The position numbers were made by a program, and so were the translations under genes. This document shows, piece after piece, positions 29,304 to 44,257 of a stretch of DNA of 64,000 nucleotides. The notes below the pieces were generated by a model. That model saw only the letters and a program-made list of their open reading frames with translations. It was not told the origin of the DNA and did not search any database. The stretch comes from the human T2T-CHM13v2.0 reference genome, Homo sapiens, in the NCBI RefSeq assembly GCF_009914755.1, contig NC_060931.1; one strand, 5' to 3'. Each line of letters starts with the position of its first letter. The first letter of the stretch is position 1.

Positions 29304-29595
29304 GAATATTTAACCTTTTTGAGTAATTGTTTAGTATTTCACTGTGTGGAATATTAGAGCCATTCTTAGTGAGTGTTTAGATGGTTTCTAAATTTTCATT
29401 TGTGTATACAATGCCAGGATAAATGCATTAAGCAAAACTTTTATTGTTGATGGATGGTTATAAGGGCCAAGTATCTTTTATGCTGAATTTTAAAAGAATT
29501 GGAGAAGGGCATGGCAAATTTTTAGAAAATCATTTTTATAAAGCATATAAAAGTACATAAACTTATATACTTTATAAAAGTATACATTTTATATA

Positions 29596-29925
29596 CAGTT
29601 GTACCTTGGTATCCACAGGGGATTGGTCCCAAGAACCTCCAGGACACCAAAATTCACAGATGCTCAAGTCCCTAATGTCAAATGGCTTGGTATTTGCATA
29701 TAACCCACACACATGTTCCTGTATACTTTAAATCGTCTCTATATGTACAACACCTAATACAAGGTCTACAACATCACTTCCTTCACATGGATTCAACATA
29801 GTACTCAGCACCTAGCAAATTCAAGTTTTCCCTTGGAACACTGCGGAAGTGTGTTTTCTGAATATTTTTGATTCAGGTTGTTTAAATCCACAGATGTGGA
29901 ACCCACTGATATGGAGGGCCAACTG
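29596..29925. mobile_element. MER2/MER2B (TcMar-Tigger MITE)
   Basis: TIRs CAGTTG...CAACTG flanked by TA TSDs; GATGCTCAAGTCCCT, GTATTTGCATATAACC. Confidence 0.9.
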
Positions 29926-31009
29926 TACTTTGATAAAATATACTCATTATACAGAGTATAAACTATAATCAAGATACATTAACATAATGTATATTATAAA
30001 GATTTCCATGAAGAACATTTAAAACACTTAAATGCTAAATCATTTATAATTTTCTTAAAAAACACATTCTATGACTATTTCACCTCCCTGAGAACATCTT
30101 ACAATTTTTGATGAAATACTGTTATTTTAAAAAATAGAATACAAGCCCTTGGATATAAGGGACCAAAATCTCTGGTCTGTTTCTGCCATTTTTGCCTGTC
30201 TCTGCAGAGATGCCTTGAGTACAACCTCAGAAGACAAAAAGCCAAAAGACAGGTACCCCAGCAGCCCCCCTGGGAAAGTGTGTCCTCTCTGTGCTAATGT
30301 CACCCATCTAAGCTCTAGTGAAGGGTTTGCAAACAGAAATGGAATTGTTCTCAGTCCAGTTCAGAGAGGTCCTTACTTTCTGAGAGCCAACCTGTTAGAC
30401 CTACTCCAAGTGGCCAGAATCTATAACAATATTGTCTCCAGAGAATCATAATACACTCCACATTAGAGGAAATAAACAAAGTAGGACTGTCTTCATTTTC
30501 CAAGCGTTTTGAGTACTTGACCTGAATATTGACCATTTGCTCAATATTTCAGTATTATATGAATTACATATTCCCAGTGTCCCCAGGCCACTATTAGGTT
30601 CCTAGACAGCCAAAGATTCAAGTTTAATATAGAGAAAATTAGAGACATAGAAAAATTATTTTATAATATATGAAAAAACTTCATATTTAATAATTCTAGA
30701 AAGTCTTTTAGAGTTTGAACCAGTTATGCTACTTACCTTATTCATAAAATTATATGACTTTCCTGGGTAAGAGCATTACAGTTTAGTCTTTTTCATTTGC
30801 TTGTTTCATCAGTAAGGGCTTTGCCTTCGATGTCCTACATTGGAATTTACTATAATTTCATTCAATTTATATAGATAATAAGTGAGATCTAAACATTGTT
30901 CACTTTCTCACAGTTACAATTTTATACAACTAGGTTGGAAATTCAGTTAGAAGGCACTCCTCTCTACATAATCTTTGTAGTGTCACAGAAGTATCCAGAA
31001 GGTCTGCCT

Positions 31010-31175
31010 TCTTCTTCCAGCCCTGCCATGTATTGATTATGTAACCAAGGATCTGCCAATTAATCTTTCTGGAAGTCAATTTCCTCATCTATAATATGGG
31101 GAAAATAATTTCTGTGCTACCAACCTCACAAGATTGCAATGAGAATCAAATGGGGTAAAACATATAAATACATTT
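31010..31175 (+). mobile_element. MIR
   Basis: TCAATTTCCTCATCTATAATATGGGG core. Confidence 0.7.
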
Positions 31176-32310
31176 TGAAAAGAAAAAAAAAAGAGAGAGA
31201 GAGATAACATTTCTGGAAACCCAGAACAACTTTAACAGCAATAACAATAACAAGTCCTCATTTTGTAACTATGTCTTGTATTAGGAATTTTATGATTGCA
31301 ATCAATAGAAATCAACTCAAACTAGCTTAAGAGTGGGAAAAAGTGGAGAGAGGACTGCATCATAAGGATTCAATGTCATTCTGGGATCTGAAACTAGGAG
31401 CACATCAAGATCTCAGGAAAGAACTGGAACCAGTTACCTTTCCTCTCTTCTCTTGTATTTGTTCTCAGTTTATCTGAAATATTATTTCTAATATCTAAAG
31501 ATATATTTCCTCTGCCTATCCTTCAATAAAAATTTGGCTGCTTGCATATGCAGAGCATGTATTTTCCAGATCCAGCCACTTCGAGACAGCAATCTCTATT
31601 TAATTTCCAATTACAAATTCACTGGGAATCTGGTTACGCTTCGATTATGTGCCCACCTTCAGTTCTACAAATTGTGATGAATGATCAAGAATAAGATTTT
31701 AAAAATGGCTGTTGGGTGAATACTGCTATTCTGCAATATATTAGAGACTTTTTATTTCTTTTTCCTCCAGAAAAAAAGGTTGTTGAATATAAAATCCCTT
31801 AGGTATCCACTCTTCTCTTTAACTTTCCAAAGCATTTTCACATGTGAATGAAATGAGATATTGTATTATCTTAACAGATAGAAACAGAATTTCTCTGAGG
31901 GATGGAACTATTTTTGTTGAAAGGGGGAAAAAAGATACTTCAGTAAGCCATTTGAAAGAGAAGAGAGATCTGGAGGGCATAGGTGCCAGCTGAGTCCCAA
32001 GAACAAAAGAGCAGCTTGGGGTGCTCTGCTTTAGAAAATGAAAGCCATTGGATTTTGCTCCTAAGAGGATTGGGGAGAAAAAAGAAAGAAGGAGGAGACT
32101 GGGAGGCAAAGAGTCCAAGAAATGTGGCGCATCAAAGTGGCATGAGGCAAGGAACTTGTAAAAATCTCCCCATTGGTACTGTGGCCCCCACCCCTTCACC
32201 TTTACCACCTCCACCCTACACAAACTCTTTAAGAAGAAAAATATTCAAGATGTGATTTTCAGTTGTTTTTGTGCAATTTGAATTATTTGTTCATTCTGTG
32301 GAATTAAGTA

Positions 32311-32313
<3 letters not shown>

Positions 32314-32347
<34 letters not shown>
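32314..32347. repeat. (TG)n microsatellite
   Basis: About 17 GT units. Confidence 0.98.
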
Positions 32348-32348
<1 letters not shown>

Positions 32349-32905
32349 TAAATTAAGTACATCTGGCCGGAAGTGGTGTGGAACAGAGGGAAAGTGTGTT
32401 AAAGCAGAAGTGGAGGCAGAGCATACACCACCCAAGGTGTCAAGGGCAGGGAGGCAGCAGCTGACTCTGGGTTATAAATGCATTATCTCCTATGCTCCCT
32501 CCAATAACTTGCCAAGTAATTAAAACAGATATCATTACTGTTTGACAGATAAGGAAACCGAAGACAATCATTTACGGAATGTCTTACAGCAAATTAGTCT
32601 TGGAGCCAAACTAAAATCTATACATCTTTTCACTGAACTCAGGTTATTGCATTGAACTTCCTTGAAATGTTATCATAGGGACAGGACAATGGTAGCATAA
32701 CTTAGTGGCAAGAATCAAGAAGACATTTCTTTAAATGAAATGCTCTTAATGCTTTTAGTGAAACCATTAAGATTACCTTTTAGTCATTCTTCCATTCATT
32801 TAATATATATGTGTTGAATTCATGCTCTGTAATTAGCATTACGATAGGTGATAGCCTTTTGCTTATGAGTGAGAATCATTTGATCAAAGTTAATCTTTTT
32901 TAAAT

Positions 32906-33232
<327 letters not shown>

Positions 33233-33314
33233 TGACCAAAGTGAATCTTAAACCTATGAGAAGAAAAAAAGGAATAAGAGGACCATGAAATCCACAGCAT
33301 CCTGTTTTTTTCTG

Positions 33315-33345
<31 letters not shown>

Positions 33346-33632
33346 TTGGTACTTTTTGAAATTGCAGTGACACAAAGTCTGACCTAGATTCAGCACCAGA
33401 AGTAACTAATTATGAATCCACAACTAACCATATTAATCTTCATACACTGATGGTGGGAATTGAATGGTATATAGCACTTTAGAAAACAGCTTGGTAATTC
33501 CTCAAAAAGTTAAATACAGAATTACCATATAACCCAGGAAAATCATTTTAAATTTTCCTAAGATCACGAAATGCCTGGAAAGTGCTCTGCCAGCCTAAAC
33601 ACTCTCCCTTATCCAAAAGTTCCCAAGGAGAA

Positions 33633-33988
33633 GGCTATATTCTGAATGTCTGTGTCCCTGCAAAATTCATATGTTGAAATCTAATCCCCAATTCAATAGC
33701 ATTATGACGGGGGGTGCCTTTGGGAGGTGATTAAGTGATGAACACAGTGCCTCATGCATGGAGTAGTTCCTCATAAAAGAGACCTGGGGAAGTCTGGTTG
33801 CCCCTTCCACCATGAGAGGACACATAGAAGCCATCATCTATGAGGAATGAGCCCTTGCCAGATGGCGAATCTGCTGACATCTTGATCTTATACTTTCAAG
33901 CCTCCAGAACTATAAGCAATACATTTCTGTTGCATATAAGTTTCTCAGTCTAAGGTATTTGTTATAGCAGCCAGAGTGGACTAACACA
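33633..33988 (+). mobile_element. MaLR solo LTR (MSTD/MLT1A-like)
   Basis: CTGAATGTCTGTGTCCC..AAAATTCATATGTTGAAATCTAATCCCCAA...GTTATAGCAGCC..GACTAACACA. Confidence 0.85.
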
Positions 33989-34676
33989 GAACTGTTTAGA
34001 AAGGGGACAGGAGCACTTTGTGAATTAAAGCACCACTCTTTCAATAGCTGTGCAGCCCCAGATACCCAAAGAAGTGCCTTGGTAAAAGAATGAGGTTGAA
34101 TTTACAGCTGAAGCTTGAGAGCTAAGCAGCACTTTCCAGTTAACACAAATGAAAAATGGGTGAGCCCGTGTGCTCAGGCGTGCTTGTGAAAAACAATGTT
34201 TAAGTCAGGCCGGTCCCGAACCCATTGAGCCAACCAAGTGCACTGAATGGAAAAGAGAAGCTCCTGCAGAGGTTCTGCCTATAACACGGAGATTGGAAAC
34301 ACATATGCAAGCAAAGCATGGAGAGCAGAACATTGCTTTTAAGATAAACTCAATGTTCTGAGGCTCATTCCATGTCTGAAACTTCTGCCTACTGAATTTT
34401 TAATGTATCTTCTTCAGTGTTAGAGTGACAGTGAGCTGGGAATAAAGGGGGTAAGGATAAGCCAGGCATAGGAGAGGTGACCAAAGATTTTCTTTCAATA
34501 CATACATTTTTCCCCAGTCACTTTTATCAGAGATTTAGGATCTGATCTTGAGCACTTGGCTGACTGACTCTCCACTTTGCATAATGTTATAGATCGGTAT
34601 ATGGAAGATCTGGATAATTTCATGTCTTAAAGCTCCTCCTGTGTGATATTTTTCCCCATTCAATGGCCCTTAATTC

Positions 34677-35005
<329 letters not shown>

Positions 35006-36270
35006 CCTGAACTCTTACAAAGAGATATTTCTTAAAAACTGAAAACATTTTATTCCTTTTAGCCCCTACTCCATATGTGGTCTAATAAACCACTGATATT
35101 CAACAAATGTTTGCTAAACCCTTTAATACAATTATTTGGAATAATATTGCCACTGATAGTAATTAGAACAGAAAAGCACTCAATGCTTCCCTGAATCCCT
35201 TTGGCCTGCCTCCTACTCCCAGTCCTCTATCAACCCTTCTGTTGCAGTTCCTGCTGAGCTGAACAAGAGACACACATGCCAGCCTCACAGCTTAAACAAA
35301 GAGCTACAGTGAAAGAAAAACAGCTGAGCCAGCAGGAAGCATAAACAGAGGGGGAGGTGTCAAGATAGCTATTTTTAAAGCCAATGTAGTAAATAAACTC
35401 ATAGGCTTTAATAAAGCCAGGTAGCTCTTTTCTTCAGAAGCTAGCCTATGCTTCAAGCTTGGCCCAAGGTTTGCTTGATCCTCTGTTAGGACAGCATATT
35501 TGAAATTTTGGTAAGGGCAAACAACACTGGGGCAGGGGAAGACATGTCCTCATTCTTAGGTTTATTCTTAAAAAGAAAAATAGGAAGCTTGAGAACCATG
35601 AAAACACAATGCAGATAGGAATCACAAAATATGTACAAAATGTTATTGTTGCCCATCAAGATACAAACGGATACATCATGAATTTGATGACAATTTCTCC
35701 TCTTCGGATCTTATCTACATCCCTCCTTCTGGCCCTCAAAGTCCTCAATTATCCCTGTCACCTTAATCTCTTTCTTTTTCCTATTTTGTTCTTATTCTTG
35801 GATCTGACAAAACAGAAAGAAAAATGCACTATAATTATGAGCACATGATGTGCCTGGAACTGTGTTATGAGTTACCTTACTTAACACAACACTTCTAATA
35901 TCTCCAGTGTTGAAGAAGAAACTGAGGTTTACAAATTCCAAAGTAGAAAAAATTCCCTCCACCTGAATGGCCTGCACAGCTCTATAGGATCTGGTTCCTG
36001 CCTACCTTGCAGCCCTCGCCTCCCTGATCTCCTACCTCTCTCATCTCCACTTCAGTCAAACTAACCTTTGAGTTCCTTGATCAAGTCAACTTCCATTCCA
36101 CCCTAGGGCTGTTGCCCTTGTATTCAACATTGAAAGGCACTGGAATCTTCTTCCTCCAAACATGGTTCCTTCTAGCCATCTGGTTCTCTGCTCAAACGTT
36201 GTCACCTCATTAGAGTAATCTTCATGAATGTTCAGTTGAAAGTACCTATCTTTCCCTCAGAGTAACTCCT

Positions 36271-36747
36271 TGTTGTGGCCACGAAGGTGCACCATTCAGA
36301 TGACCCTTTAAGGGAGCATAGTTGGCTGATAGCCTCCAACTGCCCCATCTTTAGATCTATTGCAGTGTTCTCACTTAGGCCTGAGGCTCTCTCTTCCAAG
36401 GCTGCCCTGAGCCTGTGACTGAGTAAGATAGGGGTACTAGACCCAGCCCACTTCACCACTTCCGCCCAGTACGGGACTTCCCTAATGAACAATATCTACT
36501 CAGGACTGGGTTGTGGGACAGAGATCTCATCAGGTTGGCCAAGACTTTCTTCAAGCTGCACCATAACCTGTCCCAAACTTCCTCTTTCCTTCTCTCCTTG
36601 TCCAGGTGTCAGAGCTGCATCACATTTGAAGTGCTCCCCAGCTACTCCTGCTCCTACTCTCTCTTATCCTTCACAGAATCTTCTCCCAATCTCTTGTTTG
36701 TCTAATTCTGTCTTGACGTCTGCTTCTCAGAAGACCTGAACTGGTGC
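36271..36747 (+). mobile_element. ERVL LTR (LTR16A-like) inserted in an L2 (~35960-36980)
   Basis: TGTTGTGGCCA...GCCTCCAACTGCC...GGGACTTCCCTAATG...TCTGCTTCTCAGAAGACCTGAACTG; L2 tail GTTGAATAAATGAAT at ~36960. Confidence 0.65.
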
Positions 36748-37029
36748 ACTCTCTTGTAAAACACTGCTTCATTACTTTCATAGCATTTATAACTATTTTT
36801 ATTTTATCCAATTAAATTGATCCACTTATGTATTTATTTAATATCTCCCTCCTACCACTGCCACCATCTCCTCGTCAATGTAATCTGTCTTATTCATCAC
36901 CTTATTCCCAGTGCTAAGAACACCACCTGGCTTATAATAGGTCTTCAGTTAATATTGTTGAATAAATGAATTAATGGATTTAGAAAGCTAGATTTATACT
37001 TTAGATCCAGAGGCTCCTCTTTATTCAAT

Positions 37030-38130
37030 TACTGCGGGTTTTACTGTTCTAGGTCTTGGACATAAAACAGTAAGCAAGAAAGACAAAGTCTCTGCTCTTT
37101 TGAATTTATATTCAAGGGAGGGAAGACAGGTAATAAACACATAATCACAAATATATATATGCTATGTGATAAGAGATATAAAGAAATTATAGTGTGTAAT
37201 AAGGGAATAAAGAGTGGTTGTTGAGTAGTTAGGAAAGATATCTCTCTGATAAGATTACATTTGAACAGAGATTTGGATGAAATAAGGGAGTGAGTCAAGC
37301 AGATACCTGGCTCAAGAGTGTTCCAGGCAGGGGGAGCATAAATGCCAAGGCCAATGATGGAGTGTGTTTGGCAAGTTCAAACAGTCTGGAGGTCAGGGAG
37401 GCTGAACCAGACAACAAGGAGAATGGCAGAAAATACTATGGGGAGGCACATGGTTAAAAAAAAGGGTAAGTCCTTGTATGCCATCATAAGGATTTTAGAT
37501 GAGATTTTCCTCTAAGTGAGATGGAAAGTGAATGGATAGTTCTCCCTGACATTTTAAAAGGATGCATCTGGCTGCTAGGTGGGAACAGTAAGCGATTAAG
37601 GTAAAAGTAGAGGGAGCAGAAAGCAGGTTATTTAATATTTGATAAATATCTCCAGTGTCTATCAGTAAAGATGGCGATATTTGGCCAAGTTCTGGTTATA
37701 TTTGAAGACAAAGTTAGTAGGATTTCCTAACAGATTGAATAACTAAGGCTTGCAGGAAAGGAAAGAATCTAGGATGACTCCAAGTATTTGGCCTGAGCAA
37801 ACAGAAATGTGGAGTTGTTGATTACCGTGTTTTCCTCTGTTCAAGCTCAGCTGAACAGGTATAGTCATACAGAGGCAGAGTAGATTTAACCAGATTTGAA
37901 GTTTTTCCTGTTGAATACAATGGTGGGAGTGTTTTGAGGATATTGCAAAGGAATAATTGTCCTGATGGAAGATGGGATATAAGTTGCATAAGGAGAGACA
38001 TTAGCACATGCAGCACACGACAGAAAGAGAAAAGGCATGTGGTCGGTAGATGGAAGGTCTCTGTGGGACTGGAGAATTGATGGTAATAATGTAACAGAGG
38101 GTGAGATGAAAAGGTCTGAAGTGGTGGTCA
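37030..38130 (-). mobile_element. L2a-like
   Basis: GACAAAGTCTCTGCTCT, GAGTGTTCCAGGCAG, GGATGACTCCAAGTATTTGGCCTGAGCAA. Confidence 0.85.
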
Positions 38131-38169
38131 GAAAGTAGGGTGGCCATATTTTTTCCTTTGTCCCATAAC

Positions 38170-38525
38170 TGTATTAGTCTGTTCTTATGCTGCTAATAAA
38201 GACATACCCAAGACTGGGCAATTTATAAAGGAAAGAGGTTTAATTGACTCACAGTTCAGCATGGCTAGGGAGGCCTCACAATCATGGTGGAAGGCAAAGG
38301 AGGAGCAAAGTCACGTCTTACATGGCAGCAGGCAAGAAAGCTTATGCAGGAAAACTCCTACTTATAAAACCATTAGCTCTCATGAGACTTATTCACTACC
38401 AGGAGAACAGTATGGGGGAATTTGACCTCATGATTCAATTATCTCCACCTGGTCCCACCCTTGACATGTGGGGATTATTACAATTTAACCTGAGATTTAG
38501 TTGGGATCACAGTGAAACCATATCA
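38170..38525 (-). mobile_element. THE1 (THE1C-like) solo LTR
   Basis: TGTATTAGTCTGTTCT...GGAGGCCTCACAATCATGG...AAACCATATCA; 5-bp TSD ATAAC/ATAGC. Confidence 0.95.
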
Positions 38526-38984
38526 ATAGCAATCCTTTTTTCTCAGTTGAATAATATTTGAGAAGAGTTACAAGTGAAATGAAACAAATTCCAAACCTAC
38601 CTCTCCAACTACCATCCCATGTGTCAACCCCTCTCCATGGTTAAGATTCTTGAAAAAGTCTCCTTATTCAGCTTCTGCATTCTCCACGTTTACTTCTTAA
38701 TTCCATATGGTAAGTCTCCCATTCACAACATAGCAAGGCAAAATTTTGTTTGCTACAGGTTTCAACACCACCTTGAAGCCAGCTAAAAAAGTCTATTCCT
38801 TTTGATTTATGACATCTCTTCAGTCATATCTTCTCATTCCTACATTAAATATCCCCCAATTTCTTCAATTATTCCTTATGACATAGTTTGTAGCTACTTT
38901 GAAAACCTGAGGCTCTCAGCTGAATGTGTTCTAATTTGTCTTTTAACATATGTCTCTAACTCTCTTAACATATAATGTTCAGTA

Positions 38985-39350
38985 TTATTCAGAAATAAGA
39001 AGAAATAAAGTACTGGTGGATGCTACATGGATGAACCCTGAAAACTTTATGCTAACTGAAGGCAGCCAGTCACAAAATACTGTATACTATATGATTCCTT
39101 TTATATAAAATGTCAGAATAGGCAAATCTAAAGAGACAGAAATTAGATTAGCGGTTGTCTAGATCTGGGGAAAGATAAAGGATTGGAGATGATGGCTAAG
39201 GAATGCAGAGCTTCTTTTTGTGGTGATGAAAATATTCTACAATTGATTGTAATCATGGTTGCACAACTCTGTGAATATACTGAAAGCCACTGAAGTGTAC
39301 ACTTTAAATAGGCAAATTCTATGGCATATGACTTATATCTCAAAAAAGCT
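38985..39350 (+). mobile_element. L1MB-like 3' end
   Basis: ACATGGATGAACC..GAAAAC..TATGCTAA, GCCAGTCACAAAA, TATATCTCAAAAAAGCT. Confidence 0.85.
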
Positions 39351-39924
39351 TGAACCCGAGGGAAAAAAAAAAAAAAAGCTGTTAAAAAACAAACATGATG
39401 TTGAAAAGAAAAAACAGTATTCTGAAGTAGAGTGCTTTAACCTCTATAATTTCAATTTCACTCTGTATAAAAGAGATAAATAAATAATATCTGCTTCATC
39501 TCCTTGACAAGGTTGAATCATATTTTGCAACATCATAATTACATAAGTTATTAGCTTGAGTGACTCTCACCACCTCACATTTGGATTACTAACACAATTC
39601 ACTTGCTGGTACCCATTTGTTTTACATGTAGTGGTAAGAGGGTTTTTTTATTTCTTTGCTTTTTAACATCTAGTACCCAACTCAGGAAAGAATGTAAGGA
39701 GCACTTTGTACCCACTGTATCAAGTCCAACCCTTCACCTTAGCATTTAAAGCTGTCTTCCAACTTTGTCCCATACATCCCATCATTCTTCACACCAACTT
39801 TGTCCCACACATCCTATCATTCTTCACAACCAAACAACTTTCAGTTATAAAACCATTGTTTTCTCTTTCACGTATCTTGCATATTAACTGTTTAGCTGGT
39901 TATTCCCCTCAAACAAAATATACC

Positions 39925-40281
39925 CTATTATGGCCTGAATGTCTCCAAAGCCCTAACCCACAATACGATGGTATTTGGAGATGGAACCTTTGGGAGGTAA
40001 TTAGATTTGGATGAGGTCTTGAGAGTGGGGCCTTTAAGACAGGGCCTTTATAAGAAGAGGAGAGACCAGACTGCTTTCAAGCTCTCTCTCTCTTGCTCTG
40101 CCATGTGAGGACGCAGCAAGAAAGAGGCCATCTGCAAGGCAGCAGCAGAACCCTCACTGAGGAACTGAATAAACTGGCACCTTAATCTTAGGTTTACCAG
40201 CTTCCAGAACGGTGAGAAATATATTCCTATTGTTTCAGCCACTCAGGCTATGGTATTTTTAGGGCAGCCTGAACTAATACA
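39925..40281 (+). mobile_element. MLT1A-like solo LTR
   Basis: GATGGTATTTGGAGATGG..CTTTGGGAGGTAATTAG, GCCATGTGAGGACGCAGCAAGAA, GCAGCCTGAACTAATACA. Confidence 0.88.
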
Positions 40282-41922
40282 TACTTCTTTAAACTCCCCA
40301 CCAATATCCTGTTATCATTTCCTTCAAACGTTTTTTCAAAACTTTCTTATCTTAGAATTTCCCCCCATACTGATCAGTTCATTACTCTGCATTCTCTTAG
40401 GAATTGTGCTACATATAAATCTAATTTGCTGTTCTTATTCGTTTATGTATCACATTTTAACTCACCTATTTGACTAACTTCAAAGGATGGAAGTAATGTT
40501 ACCTATTTGACAAACTTCTGTTACACATACTTCATTTCTCCGAAACACAAGTTTTGTAGTCATTTCTACCAATATTCAGCCAGCACTGCTTCTTCTTTTG
40601 CTGAAACTGTTGGTTCCACACTCTGGTCCGAACTTAATAGGAAAGACTCACCATAAAAGATAATTAAGAATGGCTAATACACAGTGTGTTGAAATTTGAT
40701 TTCCTTAAGTTTAATTCCAGAGTTCTGATACACATTAGCATTTAGAGTGCCTAGAATTACAGTGTAGAAGGTGACTAAGTACATTTAAAGATTGTTCCTT
40801 TTTGTTGTTATATTACAAAAGATTATAGTTGAGGCAGATCTTGAAATTGCATCTCATCAGCCCAGCAGGTGGTGTGACTCCCATAGGAGAACAGGAAAGG
40901 ACATGTCCCATAAGGAGGCAACTCAGTCTCTGCTAGCTCACAAGCGTGGTCTCAGTGACCTACTCGAAAGCTATTCTGCTTGTATCATCAGTTCAGCCTC
41001 ACCTTGGAAAACTCAAGCCCAGTTTTCCCAAATGATTTTTAGAGAATAAGATTTCCAGATGAAAACCAGGGAGCATGTTCCAATTTTTAGTACATCAAGG
41101 ACCATGTTTTTCCTTGCTACCAGCCCCATTTTCTAATCAGTTAACGCTTCCTGTGATATCTGTAGGGGAAAGGTGTAGTGCAACTGACAGGGAGAGATGA
41201 GATCTTAAGCCTCTGCTCATTCATTGGGTGCTGAGTAGCAATGCCTCCCGCGGGCCACAGGAACTTATCTCCGCCGATCTGTTACAGCTGGAAGGATGGG
41301 GAGATAGCACCGTAGATCCACTCCTCATTTTATGGGCAAAGAAGCTAAGGCCTGTAAAAATGGCATGCCCAATGGTACAGGAGTTACAAACACGGTCATA
41401 AATATTGGCTCCAAATTTGGCATGGAAGCTTATGTGCTGCTCTAGAGGAGATCTGCTACGATGTGGAGATTGGCTTGTGTGGGTGTGTTTTATTGCTCTT
41501 GTCATTTAAAAATACTTTTGATTATTTGTCTTCCATTTTTTTTAGGTTACGAGGAAATCCTTCAAAATGCGTTCTTGTGAAAAACGTGAGAGTGCAAGGA
41601 AAGAGGGAGGGATAGGAAGAAGGAAAGAGAAGCAAAAGGTAGGAAGAAAGTGACCTTGGTGCCCTTTTCTAGTCCCCTCCCCCGACTTTCCTGTTCTCCA
41701 CTGTGCCCATCTCTGGTTTCACCAGGCTCCATTCCTTCCCCAGTTCCCTGTTTCTCACGGCCCTGAAACCAGCCGACAGGGATTTGCATTTTGAAAAACC
41801 TTGCGTGGCTGCCGGCGCTGGGCATGCTCAAACGCCCAGAACTGGCTTTTTTCGGCAACTTTGGCAGCTCTCCCACCCCCACCCGAAGGGGCAGGTACGC
41901 ACAGCTCCCTCCGTGTGAGTAA

Positions 41923-42915
<993 letters not shown>

Positions 42916-44257
42916 TGAAGTTTAGCTCAGCCTTGTAAAGATGAAGGGGCATTCGCGGCTAGAAAATGAAAACACCCCCCCCCCCCCCGCGCCACCAACC
43001 CCCTCCCGGAAAACCCTTCTTCGTGTGCGGTGTAGGTTGTGTTTCGACTGTGGTTTTCTCATGCCCAGAGTGCCACGTTTGGTGAAATCAGTGCACCTTT
43101 TGTGGGGCCTCTGAGATGGGGCTGAAGCGTCTTTCCTGTTAACTTCCTATGGCGACTCCTTAAGTGGTCAAGGAGCGCTGATTACATTCCCCCTGCGCTG
43201 AGAAAAGGCTGCGCTGGATGCTTGATTTTTCTTGCTGTGGGGGCATGGAAGCCACCCAAGTGGGGTTGGGAAGCTTTGCTTTAGTAGTAGGCAAGGCAGA
43301 TACTCGAGTGGTGAAAACTGCTGTGAAAGAGCGAGAGGGTCACGCCAGACAACAGGGTTCTGTCTCCGCTGCCACCGTTTCTGATGAATGAGATTTGCCA
43401 GGTACACGCAAGGCTTTTATTTGTTCTTAGCACTGTTCTGTTCGTGAAACGCTACGTGGAGGTCTTTTCCAAATGTTTGACGGGGAAGAAAATAAAGAGT
43501 AAACCAGGGTTTTCACTGAGGGAAGCATTAGGAAAATCTTTACAGGTTAAGATTCGTGAGTTAGGGTTTTCTTTTGTTTGCATGTTTTCTTCTCACACTC
43601 TAGGTATTTAGATAGATGAAAAATTTCTCAGAATATTCATTTGCATTTCCAAGGACTGCTTGTATTTTTATACCAGTTATAATAAAAAAGAAATGTTGCA
43701 CAAACCTGTTTTCAGTAAGCTTCTGTTTCATTGGTTTAATGACTGCAGAAAAAATGGTGGGTTTTTTTTCTCCATTACTAGTAGGCTTGGGAGCAGCAAA
43801 GTTGGCATGACTAAAAGTAATAATGATCTGAGTCATTTTGCAAGTAAACTGTGAAATAACTTTGCATTTTAAAGACCTGGGTGGCTTTTTTCACCCTGTC
43901 GCCCCCAACATAAATCTTTCTCAGTTAATGTTGTTTGCCTAAGTTTTTACATTAATAAGAAATACTGTGTTTTGATGAGGTTAGTGTATGTACTTCTCTT
44001 GTGAATTGAATGTGAGATAGATATGAAATAAGAGGATTAAGAAGTTTTTTTCTTGCAGTTTTTGCTCTCCTGGTGTGATACGTTGTTTCAGTGTATTTCT
44101 GTGTGACTCTTAGTTTGAGCCAGCCATCCACCATGTTTAAAGCAATTGAAAAATGAATCATCTGGTGGTGGTGTTTTGTCCTTTAATTAGGTGACTGTTA
44201 GGGATGGACTAGAATAAAGGTCCCAGGAGTAGGCTTTTGCTTATGTTCAGAAGAGAT

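Noticed and set aside
36890-37110. Tail-to-tail L2 pair resembling the origin of miR-28/miR-151-type hairpins
   Set aside because: The ends are too degraded for me to see an extended complementary stem
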